Source of the DNA: Patescibacteria group bacterium | GTDB lineage: Bacteria > Patescibacteriota > Minisyncoccia > UBA6257 > Colwellbacteraceae | Assembly (NCBI GenBank): GCA_023380305.1 | Contig: JAMCQZ010000005.1 | Coordinates: forward strand, 14,902 to 78,901 | Direction of reading: 5' to 3' | Length of the DNA: 64,000 nt | Shown here: piece after piece, positions 17,703 to 27,915 of the stretch | Layout of the letters: every line of letters starts with the position of its first letter | How positions within the stretch are numbered: position 1 is the stretch's first letter | Position numbers and translations under genes: made by a program | The notes under the pieces: generated by a model | The model's input: only the letters and a program-made list of their open reading frames with translations | Database searches by the model: none | Told to the model about the DNA's origin: nothing

Positions 17703-19364
17703 TTATTTGCCCATTTTTCCTTGGCGGGTTTTCGAGGCCGCCACAAAAGCCGCGAAAAGCGGATGGGGTTCCATGAACCGGCTTTTGAATTCCGGATGCG
17801 CCTGGGTGGCCACAAAAAACGGATGGGATTTTTGAGGAAGCTCTATGAATTCCACAAGCTCGCGGTTCGGGGAAAGGCCGCTGAAGACCATTCCCTTCGC
17901 GAAAATGTCCCGATGATATTTCGGATTAACCTCGAAACGATGTCTGTGCCTTTCTTCGATCGATCCCCTTCCTTTATGCCAGGGTTTATAGATCCTCCAG
18001 ACCAGGCTGCCTTTTAGGAGTTCGGCCGGATAAGCGCCGAGCCTCTGGGTGCCGCCCATTTTCTGCAAATCCTTCTGGGAGTCGAGGATGTCGATCACCG
18101 GATGATCGGTTTTTAATCCGAATTCCGAACTCGCGGCGTCTTTCCAACCAAGCATATTCTGGCACCACTCGACGATGGCGATTTGAAGTCCGTAACAAAG
18201 CCCCAAAAACGGGATTTTGTTTTCTCTCGAAAATCTGATGGCTTTGATAATGCCCGGCACTCCGCGATAGCCGTAACCTCCGGGAACGACGATAGCGTCC
18301 ACTTTCTTCAACCTCGCCGCCAGATCGGTTCTTTCGGAATCGATGGGAACGATCTTAACAGAAACGTTGTTCGCGGCGGCGGCGTGATGCAGAGCTTCGT
18401 TTACCGAAATATAAGCGTCCGGATGGTTATGGTATTTGCCGACCATACCGATGACGACTCTTTTTTTGGAAAGCGTTTTTTTGTATTGCTTCGCCCACGC
18501 GTCCAACCTGCATTTCTTGTTGGTCTTCATCCCGACGGCGCCGAGGACCGCCTTCAAAAGACCTTTCTCTTCCAGAGCGAGCGGAATCTCATAGATATTG
18601 ACGGCGTCGAGCGCTTCCACCACTCGATTCCGCGGAATGCTGCAAAAGAGGGATATCTTTTGGAGATTTTCTTCTTCGATCGGTCGCTTGGCCCTCACCA
18701 CCAGCACGTCCGGCTGGAGGCCTAACGACAACATGGCGCGCACCGAATGCTGAATCGGCTTGGTCTTCGCTTCGTCCGAAGGAAAGACGTAATCTATCTT
18801 CACCACGTGGATGTTTAAGAAACGGTTCTCCGATTTGAATTTCAAGGCCATCTGCCTCATTGCCTCGGCGAACGGCTGGATCTCAATGTCCGCGCCCATG
18901 GTGCCTCCGATTTCCACCAGTAAAAAATCCGGCCTGTCCTTTTCCGCCGCTTCTAAAATGCGACGCTGGATTTCATCGGTGATATGGGGAACGAACTGAA
19001 TAGTCTTGCCGAGGAATGACCCGTTCCGTTCCTTGTCAAGCACGGCCCTGAAAACCGAGCCGCTCGTGAAGTTGGATTTTTTGGTCAGAGAAACCGAAGT
19101 GAACCGCTCGTAATGCCCAAGATCGAGGTCTGTCTCGGCGCCATCGTCAGTAACAAAAACCTCGCCGTGTTGGAACGGATTCATCGTGCCCGCATCCTCG
19201 TTCAGATACGGATCGATTTTTACCTGCCTGATCGAATACCCGCAGGAGATCAAGAGCCTCCCCAGGCTCGAAGCGACGATTCCCTTTCCGATTCCGGAGA
19301 TGACTCCCCCGGTAATAAAAATAAATTTGGTTTTGTTGTTTCTGTTTCCGGAGGTCATCTTCAA
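17703..19364 (-). CDS. pyrG: CTP synthase
   Basis: 553 aa; N-terminal synthetase domain FITGGVISGIGKG and a C-terminal glutamine amidotransferase with the GLCYGLQ catalytic Cys. Confidence 0.9.
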   Translation of the reverse strand: MKMTSGNRNNKTKFIFITGGVISGIGKGIVASSLGRLLISCGYSIRQVKIDPYLNEDAGTMNPFQHGEVFVTDDGAETDLDLGHYERFTSVSLTKKSNFTSGSVFRAVLDKERNGSFLGKTIQFVPHITDEIQRRILEAAEKDRPDFLLVEIGGTMGADIEIQPFAEAMRQMALKFKSENRFLNIHVVKIDYVFPSDEAKTKPIQHSVRAMLSLGLQPDVLVVRAKRPIEEENLQKISLFCSIPRNRVVEALDAVNIYEIPLALEEKGLLKAVLGAVGMKTNKKCRLDAWAKQYKKTLSKKRVVIGMVGKYHNHPDAYISVNEALHHAAAANNVSVKIVPIDSERTDLAARLKKVDAIVVPGGYGYRGVPGIIKAIRFSRENKIPFLGLCYGLQIAIVEWCQNMLGWKDAASSEFGLKTDHPVIDILDSQKDLQKMGGTQRLGAYPAELLKGSLVWRIYKPWHKGRGSIEERHRHRFEVNPKYHRDIFAKGMVFSGLSPNRELVEFIELPQKSHPFFVATQAHPEFKSRFMEPHPLFAAFVAASKTRQGKMGK

Positions 19365-19367
19365 TCG

Positions 19368-19541
19368 CTATCTTTTCGTCTCTTCTAAATTAACGCTTCC
19401 GCCGTTTTCCCATGATCTTTCCGCTAAGCCGATCCTGCCGTAAATCCAGGCGAGGAAAAAACCCAACGTGGTCAAATAAGCGATCAAGGCGATCTTTAAA
19501 AGCCTAAAAAACGACTCTGGATTGAAATGGCTTTTTTTCAT
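19368..19541 (-). CDS. Small hydrophobic protein of 57 aa; not in the supplied ORF track
   Basis: Manual translation gives MKKSHFNPESFFRLLKIALIAYLTTLGFFLAWIYGRIGLAERSWENGGSVNLEETKR, which has one transmembrane helix. It sits between pyrG and tRNA-Gly. Confidence 0.25.
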   Translation of the reverse strand: MKKSHFNPESFFRLLKIALIAYLTTLGFFLAWIYGRIGLAERSWENGGSVNLEETKR

Positions 19542-19674
19542 ATGACGGGTCTAAAACTTTCTATATTATATATCGGGGGCAAACCAAAGCAAAAACCAGA
19601 AACTGTGATTAATTTAAAACGTCAAAAAAGCCGGATTTTAAAGGCCTAAACCCTCGATAAGGGAGCCTTTGTCT

Positions 19675-19748
19675 TGGAGCGGGATACGGGAATCGAACCC
19701 GCGTCTCAACCTTGGGAAGGTCGTATATTGCCACTATACTAATCCCGC
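19675..19748 (-). tRNA. tRNA-Gly(CCC), with the CCA end encoded
   Basis: Cloverleaf: acceptor GCGGGAT/ATCCCGC, D-arm GTAT-AGTGGCA-ATAT, anticodon stem CGACC/GGTTG, loop TTCCCAA (anticodon CCC), T-arm GCGGG-TTCGATT-CCCGT, discriminator U, then CCA. Confidence 0.75.
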
Positions 19749-20024
19749 TTATTCTCCTTGTTTGGGAACAACAATGATCGATCTTTCTCCCGGAAACTTG
19801 TAATTGAATCTCTCCCTTAAAGCCTTCAGGAGATTTTCGGGGATGCTTAAATAACCCACTTCCGCCTCCAGTTCCTTGTTTTCCGCTCTCAAGCCCTCGG
19901 CTTTGACTTTTAATTCGTTGTAATTGTCCGTCGCCGCAAGATAGGCGCCGTAAATTCCGTAGAGTTCGAATCCCGCAGCCAAAAGCAGGGTGCCGAGAAC
20001 CAAAGTGAGCGCAAGCTTCCACAT
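19749..20024 (-). CDS. Septum-formation initiator family protein (FtsB/DivIC-like)
   Basis: 91 aa; an N-terminal transmembrane helix is followed by a coiled coil (LKVKAEGLRAENKELEAEV). Confidence 0.5.
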   Translation of the reverse strand: MWKLALTLVLGTLLLAAGFELYGIYGAYLAATDNYNELKVKAEGLRAENKELEAEVGYLSIPENLLKALRERFNYKFPGERSIIVVPKQGE

Positions 20025-20047
20025 GCCGATTGTATTCTAACCGAGAA

Positions 20048-21802
20048 TTATTTTTTCAACAATTCTTTGAAAATCTCCGGCGAAATAGTAACTCTGGCCG
20101 AAGCCTGCAGCCTCTTCTTACCGGCCTGCTGTTTTTTCCAAAGCTTCATCTTGCGGGTGCGGTCTCCGCCCGTCTTCCCGAAATTACCCAGTTCCTTCCT
20201 CATCGCCGGAATGGTTTCGCGCGCCACGATTTTGCCGCCGACCGCCGCCTGGATCGGCTGGCTGAAGAGCTGTTTTGGCAAAAGGTTTTTCAGCTCCTCG
20301 ACGGTGGTCCTCGCCACGTGGTCAAGCTCGTCTTTATAGACGATTCTCGTAAGACCCGGAACTGTTTCGTTCGCCACCATAATCCGCATTTTTTCCACCC
20401 GGGCATCCTGCCAGCCGGCGATCTCGTAACTGAACGAGGCGTATCCTAACGAAACCGATTTCAGGCGGTCGTCGAAATCGGAGATGAGCTCGGATAGGGG
20501 CATCTTGGCGGAAATAACAATCCTGTCGTCGATAACTTCGGTTTCAACGATTTCCATTCTGAAAATGTCCTTCAGCCCCAGGACTTTCCCAAGATAGTTT
20601 TGCGGCACGATGATTTTCAGACTGACGATCGGCTCCTCCGCTCCTAAGTTCTCATCGGGAAAATCTTTAGGGCTTTCCACCATTTTCACGCCGGTTTTTG
20701 TTTTGACGCGGTAGGCCACTGACGGGAAGCTCGTGACGACCGGCAGGTTAAATTCGCGGTTCAACCGCTCGGTCGCGATTTCAAAGTGAAGTCTTCCTAA
20801 AAATCCTGTTTTGAATCCTCTGCCCAAAATCTCGCTGTAATCTGGTTCGACGGAGATGGACGAATCAACCAACCGCAATTTATTCAAAGCGGCCTTCAAG
20901 TCGTCATACTTATCGCCTTCGTCCGGATATAAGGAGACGAAAACGACGGGTTTCGGAGGGTTGTAGCCTTCAAGTGGAATCGTGCCGATGGTGTCGCCGA
21001 TGCGGAGCACGCCCGGGTCCTTGATGCCGGTCGCGATATAGCCGATTTCCCCCGGAGTTAATTTCACTGTCGGCTTAAATTCCGGATTAAAAATTCCCAC
21101 TTCCTTGATACCAAAACCGCGGTCGGCCGCGACAAGCCTCGTTTCCTTCCGGCCCGCAAACTCGCCGGAAAAAACGCGGACGTACGCGATGATCCCCTTG
21201 TGGTCGTTGTAAACAGAATCGAAAATCAAAGCCTGCTCGCCGTTGTCGGGCGTCGGCGCCGGAACCTCGTCGGCGATACCCCGCAAAAGCTCGGCGACGC
21301 CAGCACCGGTTTTGCCGGAAACACGATAGATTCTTTCCGGCGGTTCTCCTAAAAGCTTGGCCACTTCTCCGATCTTTTTTTCGAGATCCGGCGGATTCAA
21401 ATCAATCTTATTGACGCAACCGATGATCTTCAGACCGGCTTTCCGAGCCGCCTCGAAATTAGCGAGGGTCTGCGCCTGGACGCCCTGAGTGGCGTCAACT
21501 AAAAGAACGGCACCCTCGACCGCTTTTAAGGCACGGGAGACCTCGTAGCCGAAATCGCTGTGTCCCGGCGTGTCTATGAGGTTAAAGATGTATTCGCTTC
21601 CCTGGCCCGGACAATAGATCATCCTTACCGGCGTCATTTTGATGGTGATGCCCCGTTCGCGTTCGAGCTCCATCTGATCGAGATACTGGGGCCGCATCAG
21701 CCTTTTTGGCACGGTGCCGGTGATTTCAAGCATGCGGTCGGCCAAGGTCGATTTTCCGTGGTCGATATGGGCGATAATGACGAAATTGCGAATATTTTCC
21801 AT
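20048..21802 (-). CDS. lepA: Elongation factor 4 (LepA)
   Basis: 584 aa with IIAHIDHGKSTL and DTPGHSDF motifs and the LepA-specific C-terminal domain. Confidence 0.9.
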   Translation of the reverse strand: MENIRNFVIIAHIDHGKSTLADRMLEITGTVPKRLMRPQYLDQMELERERGITIKMTPVRMIYCPGQGSEYIFNLIDTPGHSDFGYEVSRALKAVEGAVLLVDATQGVQAQTLANFEAARKAGLKIIGCVNKIDLNPPDLEKKIGEVAKLLGEPPERIYRVSGKTGAGVAELLRGIADEVPAPTPDNGEQALIFDSVYNDHKGIIAYVRVFSGEFAGRKETRLVAADRGFGIKEVGIFNPEFKPTVKLTPGEIGYIATGIKDPGVLRIGDTIGTIPLEGYNPPKPVVFVSLYPDEGDKYDDLKAALNKLRLVDSSISVEPDYSEILGRGFKTGFLGRLHFEIATERLNREFNLPVVTSFPSVAYRVKTKTGVKMVESPKDFPDENLGAEEPIVSLKIIVPQNYLGKVLGLKDIFRMEIVETEVIDDRIVISAKMPLSELISDFDDRLKSVSLGYASFSYEIAGWQDARVEKMRIMVANETVPGLTRIVYKDELDHVARTTVEELKNLLPKQLFSQPIQAAVGGKIVARETIPAMRKELGNFGKTGGDRTRKMKLWKKQQAGKKRLQASARVTISPEIFKELLKK

Positions 21803-23757
21803 TAAATCTGTTTTAAATTGAGATCGATGATGAGGCGTTTCGGCGGATCGTCGCTTTCGTAGGAAAAGGCCGAAATCCCGGTTTCTTTAAAGATAAATCC
21901 AGGCGGAGCCGAAATTTCGTACTTGAACGAAGATTCGACGCCGGATTGCTTTTCGTAAACGAAACGGAAATGATCCCGGATCATCGACGGCTGCTCGTAG
22001 GAAACCGCGAGTTTCCCGGTTTTGCCGGGTCTCACGTCCAACCAGTATCCTAAGACTTTTTTAGCCGATTGGAAACCGGATTCGAAGAGCTCCACGTCCG
22101 GATCCCGGCTATATCCCGCCTTCGCGTAATTCACTTTCGGCGTTACCGTCCGGCTGGTGTTCCCGGTCGCTTTCAGGGCCTTGGCTTCTTTCGGAGCGAG
22201 GATTTGGATGTAATCCTGATTGGTCGCCCGGTAAAAACTCAATTTCTGGTTTTGGCCGGTATGCGTCCTTACGATCTCCAAATTGTTTTTGATCGTTCCG
22301 TCGGACAGGAGTTCGCTCTTTAAAGAAATCTTCTGTTTCATAAAGACATCTGTTTTCCCGCCGTTGATGTTCGCATTCGCCACCGCCAGATAATCGGCAT
22401 AATCGCCGTCAGCCGATTTATAAATCGATCCAGTCATACCCAAGGATTCGGCCGCGGTCTCCAGCCTCCTATTTTTAAAATAAACTCGGATGTCTTTCCG
22501 ATTGAACGACTCAAAGATGGAAGCGAACAGCCTCTCTTTTTGGGTGTCGTCGGACTGCTGTATTCTTTCCACAATCTTCGGCGCCAGGACTTTCAATATC
22601 TGCTTGCGCGCCGGCCCCTTGGAAGCGGAATTCAGAGAAACCTCTTCCTGTATCTCCGTCAGAAAATTATCTTTGGTTAGAGTCAGCTTGTATTCGGGGA
22701 GATCGATCGGTCCGCAGATATCGAGAATGCGCTCGACCGCCCGGCTGTTGATGGCAACCACCCCTTGAAATTCCACGGCTTTGTCCTTGTAGGCGGATGA
22801 GCCGTTTAAAAAAGAGAGTGTTTTCTCCGCGGAAGACGGAAAATCAAAAAACCAGTTGGCGTCCCGAGCTCCCCATGATTTAGCGATAACCTGCAACGGT
22901 TTCGGCGGAACAACATTCTCTTCAAAATACTGATCCGGATAAAAAATATCGTTTACCGTCAAAGTCTCAATCTTGCCGAATTTGACGGCCGCATCGGCGT
23001 AACTGCCGTTAAAACCGCCGGCTGGCCGGATTTCGGAAACGTTCTCGAAAATAAACGCGATATGGCTATTCCCGGCAAGGACCTCCTGAAGGCCGGCGAG
23101 GCCGTCTTTGATCGTATAAAGGCCGGATTGGAGATTTAGATAAGCCGGGGAAATTTTGCCGGCGAAACCGAATTTTGAAGCGACGTTCCGCAGCAAAGCC
23201 GCTTTGTCGTTAATCGAAGAAACGGTCTTCTCAAGCCGCTCCAGGCTCGCGACAAGCGCTTCCCCGTCTTCGAAAAGCCAGTTGAGACCGCTTTGTTTTA
23301 GGGAAGCCATCTCTGATTCGGCGGCGTCGATATCTTTGTTAAAAGCGATAAGATACTCCGGGAAGCGCCCTCCTTCGCTCCAAAAATCAAATGCCTGAAG
23401 AATGGACGAATCCCCCGGCGTCCAGTCGAGCGGCTCCACCCCGGAACCGGCGTTGTCCCCGGAAATATCGGACCGGTCGATAAAAGACACGATTCTCATA
23501 AAGCTCTGCTGCAATTCCGCCACCGAACGCATAGTCTGGTTCCGATAATGGATGAACATTCCGAAAGCCAATCCTGCAATTACGATCGCCGCCCCGAAAA
23601 CAACCGCCTTCGAGGAAAATCGATTGGTCTTCGGACCAAAAGAATCATCGCCCCTGCCCCTGAAAAGGCCGTTAAAAGTCTTCTCTTCGAATTCCCCGCC
23701 GGGATTTTTAATATCCTTAACGACGGACGTTTTTTTGAGAGGTTTATTATCGGACAT
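21802..23757 (-). CDS. DUF4012-domain membrane-anchored protein
   Basis: One N-terminal transmembrane helix. The central IAFIFENVSEIRPAGGFNGSYA stretch matches the DUF4012 signature (NxxExRPxGGFxGSY) as I recall it. Confidence 0.6.
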   Translation of the reverse strand: MSDNKPLKKTSVVKDIKNPGGEFEEKTFNGLFRGRGDDSFGPKTNRFSSKAVVFGAAIVIAGLAFGMFIHYRNQTMRSVAELQQSFMRIVSFIDRSDISGDNAGSGVEPLDWTPGDSSILQAFDFWSEGGRFPEYLIAFNKDIDAAESEMASLKQSGLNWLFEDGEALVASLERLEKTVSSINDKAALLRNVASKFGFAGKISPAYLNLQSGLYTIKDGLAGLQEVLAGNSHIAFIFENVSEIRPAGGFNGSYADAAVKFGKIETLTVNDIFYPDQYFEENVVPPKPLQVIAKSWGARDANWFFDFPSSAEKTLSFLNGSSAYKDKAVEFQGVVAINSRAVERILDICGPIDLPEYKLTLTKDNFLTEIQEEVSLNSASKGPARKQILKVLAPKIVERIQQSDDTQKERLFASIFESFNRKDIRVYFKNRRLETAAESLGMTGSIYKSADGDYADYLAVANANINGGKTDVFMKQKISLKSELLSDGTIKNNLEIVRTHTGQNQKLSFYRATNQDYIQILAPKEAKALKATGNTSRTVTPKVNYAKAGYSRDPDVELFESGFQSAKKVLGYWLDVRPGKTGKLAVSYEQPSMIRDHFRFVYEKQSGVESSFKYEISAPPGFIFKETGISAFSYESDDPPKRLIIDLNLKQI

Positions 23758-24175
23758 GTTTTGCTATGAAAAAACGCAAATCTTCGGCTGTTTTATCGGT
23801 TAAATCATACCCGAAAACCCTTTTAAGCGGTATCCAATCGAAATCGGCCCCTTCGCCGAGACGCATGGATGACTTCGGCAACTCGGTTTCCACGAAAAAA
23901 ACGCATCGATATTTTCGCAAATCTTCGTTGAAATAATCAGCGAGAGGAACGATGTCTTTGCCTTTAAGATCGACTCCGAGCTCTTCTCTTATCTCCCGTT
24001 TAAAAGTTTGGCAAGGCGTCTCGCCGCCTTCGGCCGATCCTCCGAAAAAGGCCCACTTGTCGGGGTTTGTTTCGGCCGAAGAATCGCGTTTGTGCAGCAA
24101 AACCGATTTTGCCGTCGGATTGTAAAAAAATCCGCCGGCGTAAAAACCATTTTCCGCGACGGTTTCTTTGTTCAT
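23747..24175 (-). CDS. NUDIX hydrolase
   Basis: Nudix box GGSAEGGETPCQTFKREIREELG. Confidence 0.8.
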   Translation of the reverse strand: MNKETVAENGFYAGGFFYNPTAKSVLLHKRDSSAETNPDKWAFFGGSAEGGETPCQTFKREIREELGVDLKGKDIVPLADYFNEDLRKYRCVFFVETELPKSSMRLGEGADFDWIPLKRVFGYDLTDKTAEDLRFFIAKHVR

Positions 24176-24187
24176 GGTCCTTTTAAA

Positions 24188-24490
24188 TTATGATTCTTCC
24201 AAAATGATTTTTTTCTTGAACACTCCGCGGTTTTCGGCTTTGTCCGACCTGACCGCCTCAAGCTCGTCCGCGCCGAAACCCTTGTAGTCGGCTATGGCGC
24301 TCACCACCTCCTGGATGTCGGCCAATTCCTCGATGGTCTCGTTCTCGAAAAATTCCTTGATTTCTTCAAGCAGCTTCTCTTTCAGCTTGGCCCAATATTC
24401 GGCGTCATCGGCGACGTGCGTTACCGGCGTCCCTCCCCGGCTAACGATATATTCCGGGATTTTATCCCTCACCAATTTGTTGTATTTCAT
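24188..24490 (-). CDS. MazG-like nucleotide pyrophosphohydrolase (HisE/MazG all-alpha NTP-PPase fold)
   Basis: 100 aa. The KLVRDKIPEYI...EE..E...EELADIQEVV pattern fits small MazG-type NTP pyrophosphatases. Confidence 0.5.
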   Translation of the reverse strand: MKYNKLVRDKIPEYIVSRGGTPVTHVADDAEYWAKLKEKLLEEIKEFFENETIEELADIQEVVSAIADYKGFGADELEAVRSDKAENRGVFKKKIILEES

Positions 24491-24531
24491 GCGTTGATCG
24501 TCGATTCTATTTCCCGTGGCAATGTTTGTAT

Positions 24532-25011
24532 TTATTTCTGCGATTGTATAAACCCTTTTCGACCGTTTTCGACATATTGTTCAGCAAATTCTTCTTTTTC
24601 AACAGATAAAAATCTATGATGATAGCTAAAAAAATCTTCGATTAATTTTCTTTCTGTTTCAGGAATATCTTTCCATTCTCGAATATCCTCTCGAGAGACA
24701 TCGACAGCGACCACCTTATCATCCCCGTCCGCCCGCCTAATTAAGGCTATCGGTTTTACACATATTTCTTCGCCGACCGTCGACTCTCTGTCTGATAAAA
24801 CCAAAATATCAATTTCGTCTCCTTCTTTCTCGTTTAAGGTTTCTGGAATAAACCCATAATGAATCGGCATAACGCCATCATTAATGGGAATAATATCTTT
24901 TGTTGGTCCGAGATCAATAAATCCCGTTTTATCAAATTTAAAATGACGCCGTCTGTCGTCGCCCTTCGGAATTTCAATAATCGCTTTCATATTCATATCT
25001 TTTTTAATCAA
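24532..25011 (-). CDS. ppa: Inorganic pyrophosphatase, family I
   Basis: Motifs IEIPKG, YGFIPETL and DGDEIDILVL (metal-binding Asp cluster). The start is probably at MNMKAI. Confidence 0.8.
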   Translation of the reverse strand: MIKKDMNMKAIIEIPKGDDRRRHFKFDKTGFIDLGPTKDIIPINDGVMPIHYGFIPETLNEKEGDEIDILVLSDRESTVGEEICVKPIALIRRADGDDKVVAVDVSREDIREWKDIPETERKLIEDFFSYHHRFLSVEKEEFAEQYVENGRKGFIQSQK

Positions 25012-25035
25012 CGGCGCACTATTTATATGCGAGAA

Positions 25036-27480
25036 CTACACATTTTCCCCATGGCAATGTTTGTATTTTATCGGCCGGCCGTCCGGGTGCTTCGCTCCGC
25101 ACGGACAAGGATCGTTCCGGCCGACCTCCTTGCCGAAATTCCGGCTGTCCGGTTTCGGCGCCTCTTCGACCACGGCTTCGCTAGCGCCAAACTGCAATTT
25201 GAAAACGTTGTCCGCGATCCACTGGCTGAAATTTCGCAGCATGGCGTTGAACATCGCGTGGCTGTCGCGCCGGTATTCCACCAAAGGGTCGCGATGGCCG
25301 TAAGCGCGAATACGTACGGATTCGATCAAGGCCTCGATATCCTCAAGGTGGTTCATCCAAAACATATCGAGAATCATAAGGACGATCCGGCGGATTTCCG
25401 GCAGATGATCGAGGGACTGGAGCCGGCTTTCCAGATCCGTCGGTGTTTCGACGCCGGCGTCCAGAAAAGCGGCTTCGATCATTTTTTTCGTTCCTTCGTC
25501 GTCAAGATGGAGAATGGTCTGTCGGCGATTGTAAATATTGGTCCGCTGCTTATTCAAAACATCGTCGTAATCGAGCAGATTTTTTCTGATATCGAAATTA
25601 AACCCCTCGACTTTGTTTTGGGCTTCGGCGATGGCTTTCGACACCAAACGCGCTTCTATCGGCTGGTCCTCGGGTATTTTTAGGGTCTGCATCATCGCCT
25701 TCAGACGATCTCCTCCGAAAATTCTCATCAAGTCGTCTTCGAGCGAAAGAAAGAACCTCGACGATCCGGGATCTCCTTGCCGGCCGCTCCGGCCGCGAAG
25801 CTGGTTATCGATGCGGCGGGCTTCGTGACGTTCGGTGCCGATAACATGGAGTCCTCCGGCTTCGCGCACCTTGGCGGCCGCCTCTTTATCGGGCGGATTT
25901 CCTCCCAAGATAATGTCGACGCCGCGTCCGGCCATATTGGTGGCGAGAGTAACCGCCCCCGGCCTTCCAGCCTGCGCGATGATCGCTCCTTCGCGCTCGT
26001 TATTTTTGGCGTTCAAAATTTCGTGATCAACGCCGGCCCGATGAAGATATTTGGAAAACTCCTCGTTTTTTTCAATAGAGATCGTCCCGATCAGAATCGG
26101 TTGGCCTTTTTCGCGACGGTTTCTGATATCCTCGACGATCGCCCGGTATTTTGATTCTTTGGTTTTATAAATCAAGTCGGGTAGATCCTTGCGAACCAAA
26201 GGTTTGTTTGTCGGAATACTCGTCACTTCCAATTTATAAACCTTAAAGAACTCCTCAGCCGAGGTGGCGGCCGTGCCGGTCATGCCGGAAATCTTTTGAT
26301 AAAGCCGAAAATAATTCTGGATGGTGATTTGGGCGTAGGTTTTCGATTCTTCGGCCACCTTCAGGCCCTCCTTGGCCTCGAGCGCTTGATGGAGCCCGGC
26401 GGAATACCGGCGACCGAACATCAAACGGCCCGTGAATTGATCAACGATAACCACTTCCCCGTCGCGAACGACGTAATCCCGATCGCGCAAAAAATGCCTT
26501 TCAGCCCTAAGGCAAGCCTCAAGATAGTGCACCAGCCTAAAATTAGTCGGGCCGTAAAGGTCGCTCACACCGACGATTTTTTCCACTTTGTCGATTCCGG
26601 AATCCGTGATCTCGACCGACTTTGTTTTATCGTCGGCCGTGTAATCCTCTCCCTCGACGAGCTGCTTTACCGCTCTCGCGAAAATACGGTAATAATCACT
26701 CGATGATTGGTCCGGAGCGGCGATGATGAGTGGCGTGCGTGCCTCGTCGATTAAAATGCTGTCTACCTCATCGATGATAGCGAAATAATGCGGTCTTTGG
26801 ACCTGGCCCGAAACATCATAAACCAAGTTATCCCTCAGATAATCAAATCCGAATTCGGCATTGGTGCCATAGGTAATGTCGGCAAGATATGCCTCCTTGC
26901 GCGTTATCGGCCTTAAATATTTTTCCTGGACCAAAAAACTCCCTTTAATATCCCTTTCTTCATCGACCGATTCAGCTACTTGGCTAGGCACGAAGGACGG
27001 ATCGTACAAAAAAGCATTGTCGTGGACGATGCAGGCGGTTTTCAGCCCGAGGGAATAATAAATCTGTCCCATCCATACCGCGTCCCTTTTGGCAAGGTAA
27101 TCGTTCACTGTAATGACGTGGACCCCTTTTCCAGATAGCGCGTTTAAATAAGCCGGCGCCACCGCCGCCAAGGTTTTTCCTTCACCAGTCAACATTTCCA
27201 CGATCTTGCCACGGTGGAGATGCAGTCCGCCGAGCATTTGCGTGTCAAAAGGCCTCTGACCCAGGGTTCGTTTCGACGCTTCGCGGCACAAAGCGAACAC
27301 CTCCGGAGTCGCCGCATCCAAATCTTCCCCCGAGACGATCCTCTCGCGAAGCTCGGCGCTTTTTTCTTTAATGGCTTCGTTTGTTAGCCCGGTCACGGAG
27401 CTTTCCAGACGGTTGATCTCCTCGATGATTCTTTTAGGATCAAGGTTCCGTTTATTCGCAAAAAAATTTAAAAACATCAA
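25036..27480 (-). CDS. secA: Preprotein translocase ATPase SecA
   Basis: 814 aa with DEAD-like motor motifs and a C-terminal zinc-binding CPCGAKHPDGRPIKYKHCHG tail. Confidence 0.95.
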   Translation of the reverse strand: MMFLNFFANKRNLDPKRIIEEINRLESSVTGLTNEAIKEKSAELRERIVSGEDLDAATPEVFALCREASKRTLGQRPFDTQMLGGLHLHRGKIVEMLTGEGKTLAAVAPAYLNALSGKGVHVITVNDYLAKRDAVWMGQIYYSLGLKTACIVHDNAFLYDPSFVPSQVAESVDEERDIKGSFLVQEKYLRPITRKEAYLADITYGTNAEFGFDYLRDNLVYDVSGQVQRPHYFAIIDEVDSILIDEARTPLIIAAPDQSSSDYYRIFARAVKQLVEGEDYTADDKTKSVEITDSGIDKVEKIVGVSDLYGPTNFRLVHYLEACLRAERHFLRDRDYVVRDGEVVIVDQFTGRLMFGRRYSAGLHQALEAKEGLKVAEESKTYAQITIQNYFRLYQKISGMTGTAATSAEEFFKVYKLEVTSIPTNKPLVRKDLPDLIYKTKESKYRAIVEDIRNRREKGQPILIGTISIEKNEEFSKYLHRAGVDHEILNAKNNEREGAIIAQAGRPGAVTLATNMAGRGVDIILGGNPPDKEAAAKVREAGGLHVIGTERHEARRIDNQLRGRSGRQGDPGSSRFFLSLEDDLMRIFGGDRLKAMMQTLKIPEDQPIEARLVSKAIAEAQNKVEGFNFDIRKNLLDYDDVLNKQRTNIYNRRQTILHLDDEGTKKMIEAAFLDAGVETPTDLESRLQSLDHLPEIRRIVLMILDMFWMNHLEDIEALIESVRIRAYGHRDPLVEYRRDSHAMFNAMLRNFSQWIADNVFKLQFGASEAVVEEAPKPDSRNFGKEVGRNDPCPCGAKHPDGRPIKYKHCHGENV

Positions 27481-27791
27481 CTATTCAATTCCTTATATTT
27501 TTTTACCGCCTCGGAAAGAATCTCTTTGACTTTGTCGATTGCGGCTGTCAGATCCTCTTCCGTCGCTTCGGCTCTAATCAGTTTTTTCGGAAGGTCGAGA
27601 TTGGCCTCCGCTCGGAAAACGTCTCCCTTCTGATGGTGACGGGTGGTTTTCGAGACTTCAAAATCTAATTCAATTTCGCCGTTGTCGTCAAATTTTGCCA
27701 ACAGCCTTTCGACAGCCCCAAGCTTGGCGGTTGCCGTGTCCCGGATGGCCGGCGTCAATTCGAATCCCGACGCCTTAAGATTGATATTCAT
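27477..27791 (-). CDS. hpf: Ribosome hibernation-promoting factor, short HPF/RaiA type
   Basis: 104 aa. The pattern MNINLKASGFELTPAIRDTA...E...K...H is typical of HPF/YfiA. The hpf-secA adjacency is a common arrangement. Confidence 0.8.
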   Translation of the reverse strand: MNINLKASGFELTPAIRDTATAKLGAVERLLAKFDDNGEIELDFEVSKTTRHHQKGDVFRAEANLDLPKKLIRAEATEEDLTAAIDKVKEILSEAVKKYKELNS

Positions 27792-27915
27792 GTGTATATA
27801 AAAGAAATTTATGACCTCCAGGCCCCATTATAACAGGGATTATCTGCGAGGGGAAACCAGTCGAAAAGCCTGCTATAACGCCTCCCCAAAGCTTTTCCAA
27901 AAGACTAGGAAATAC

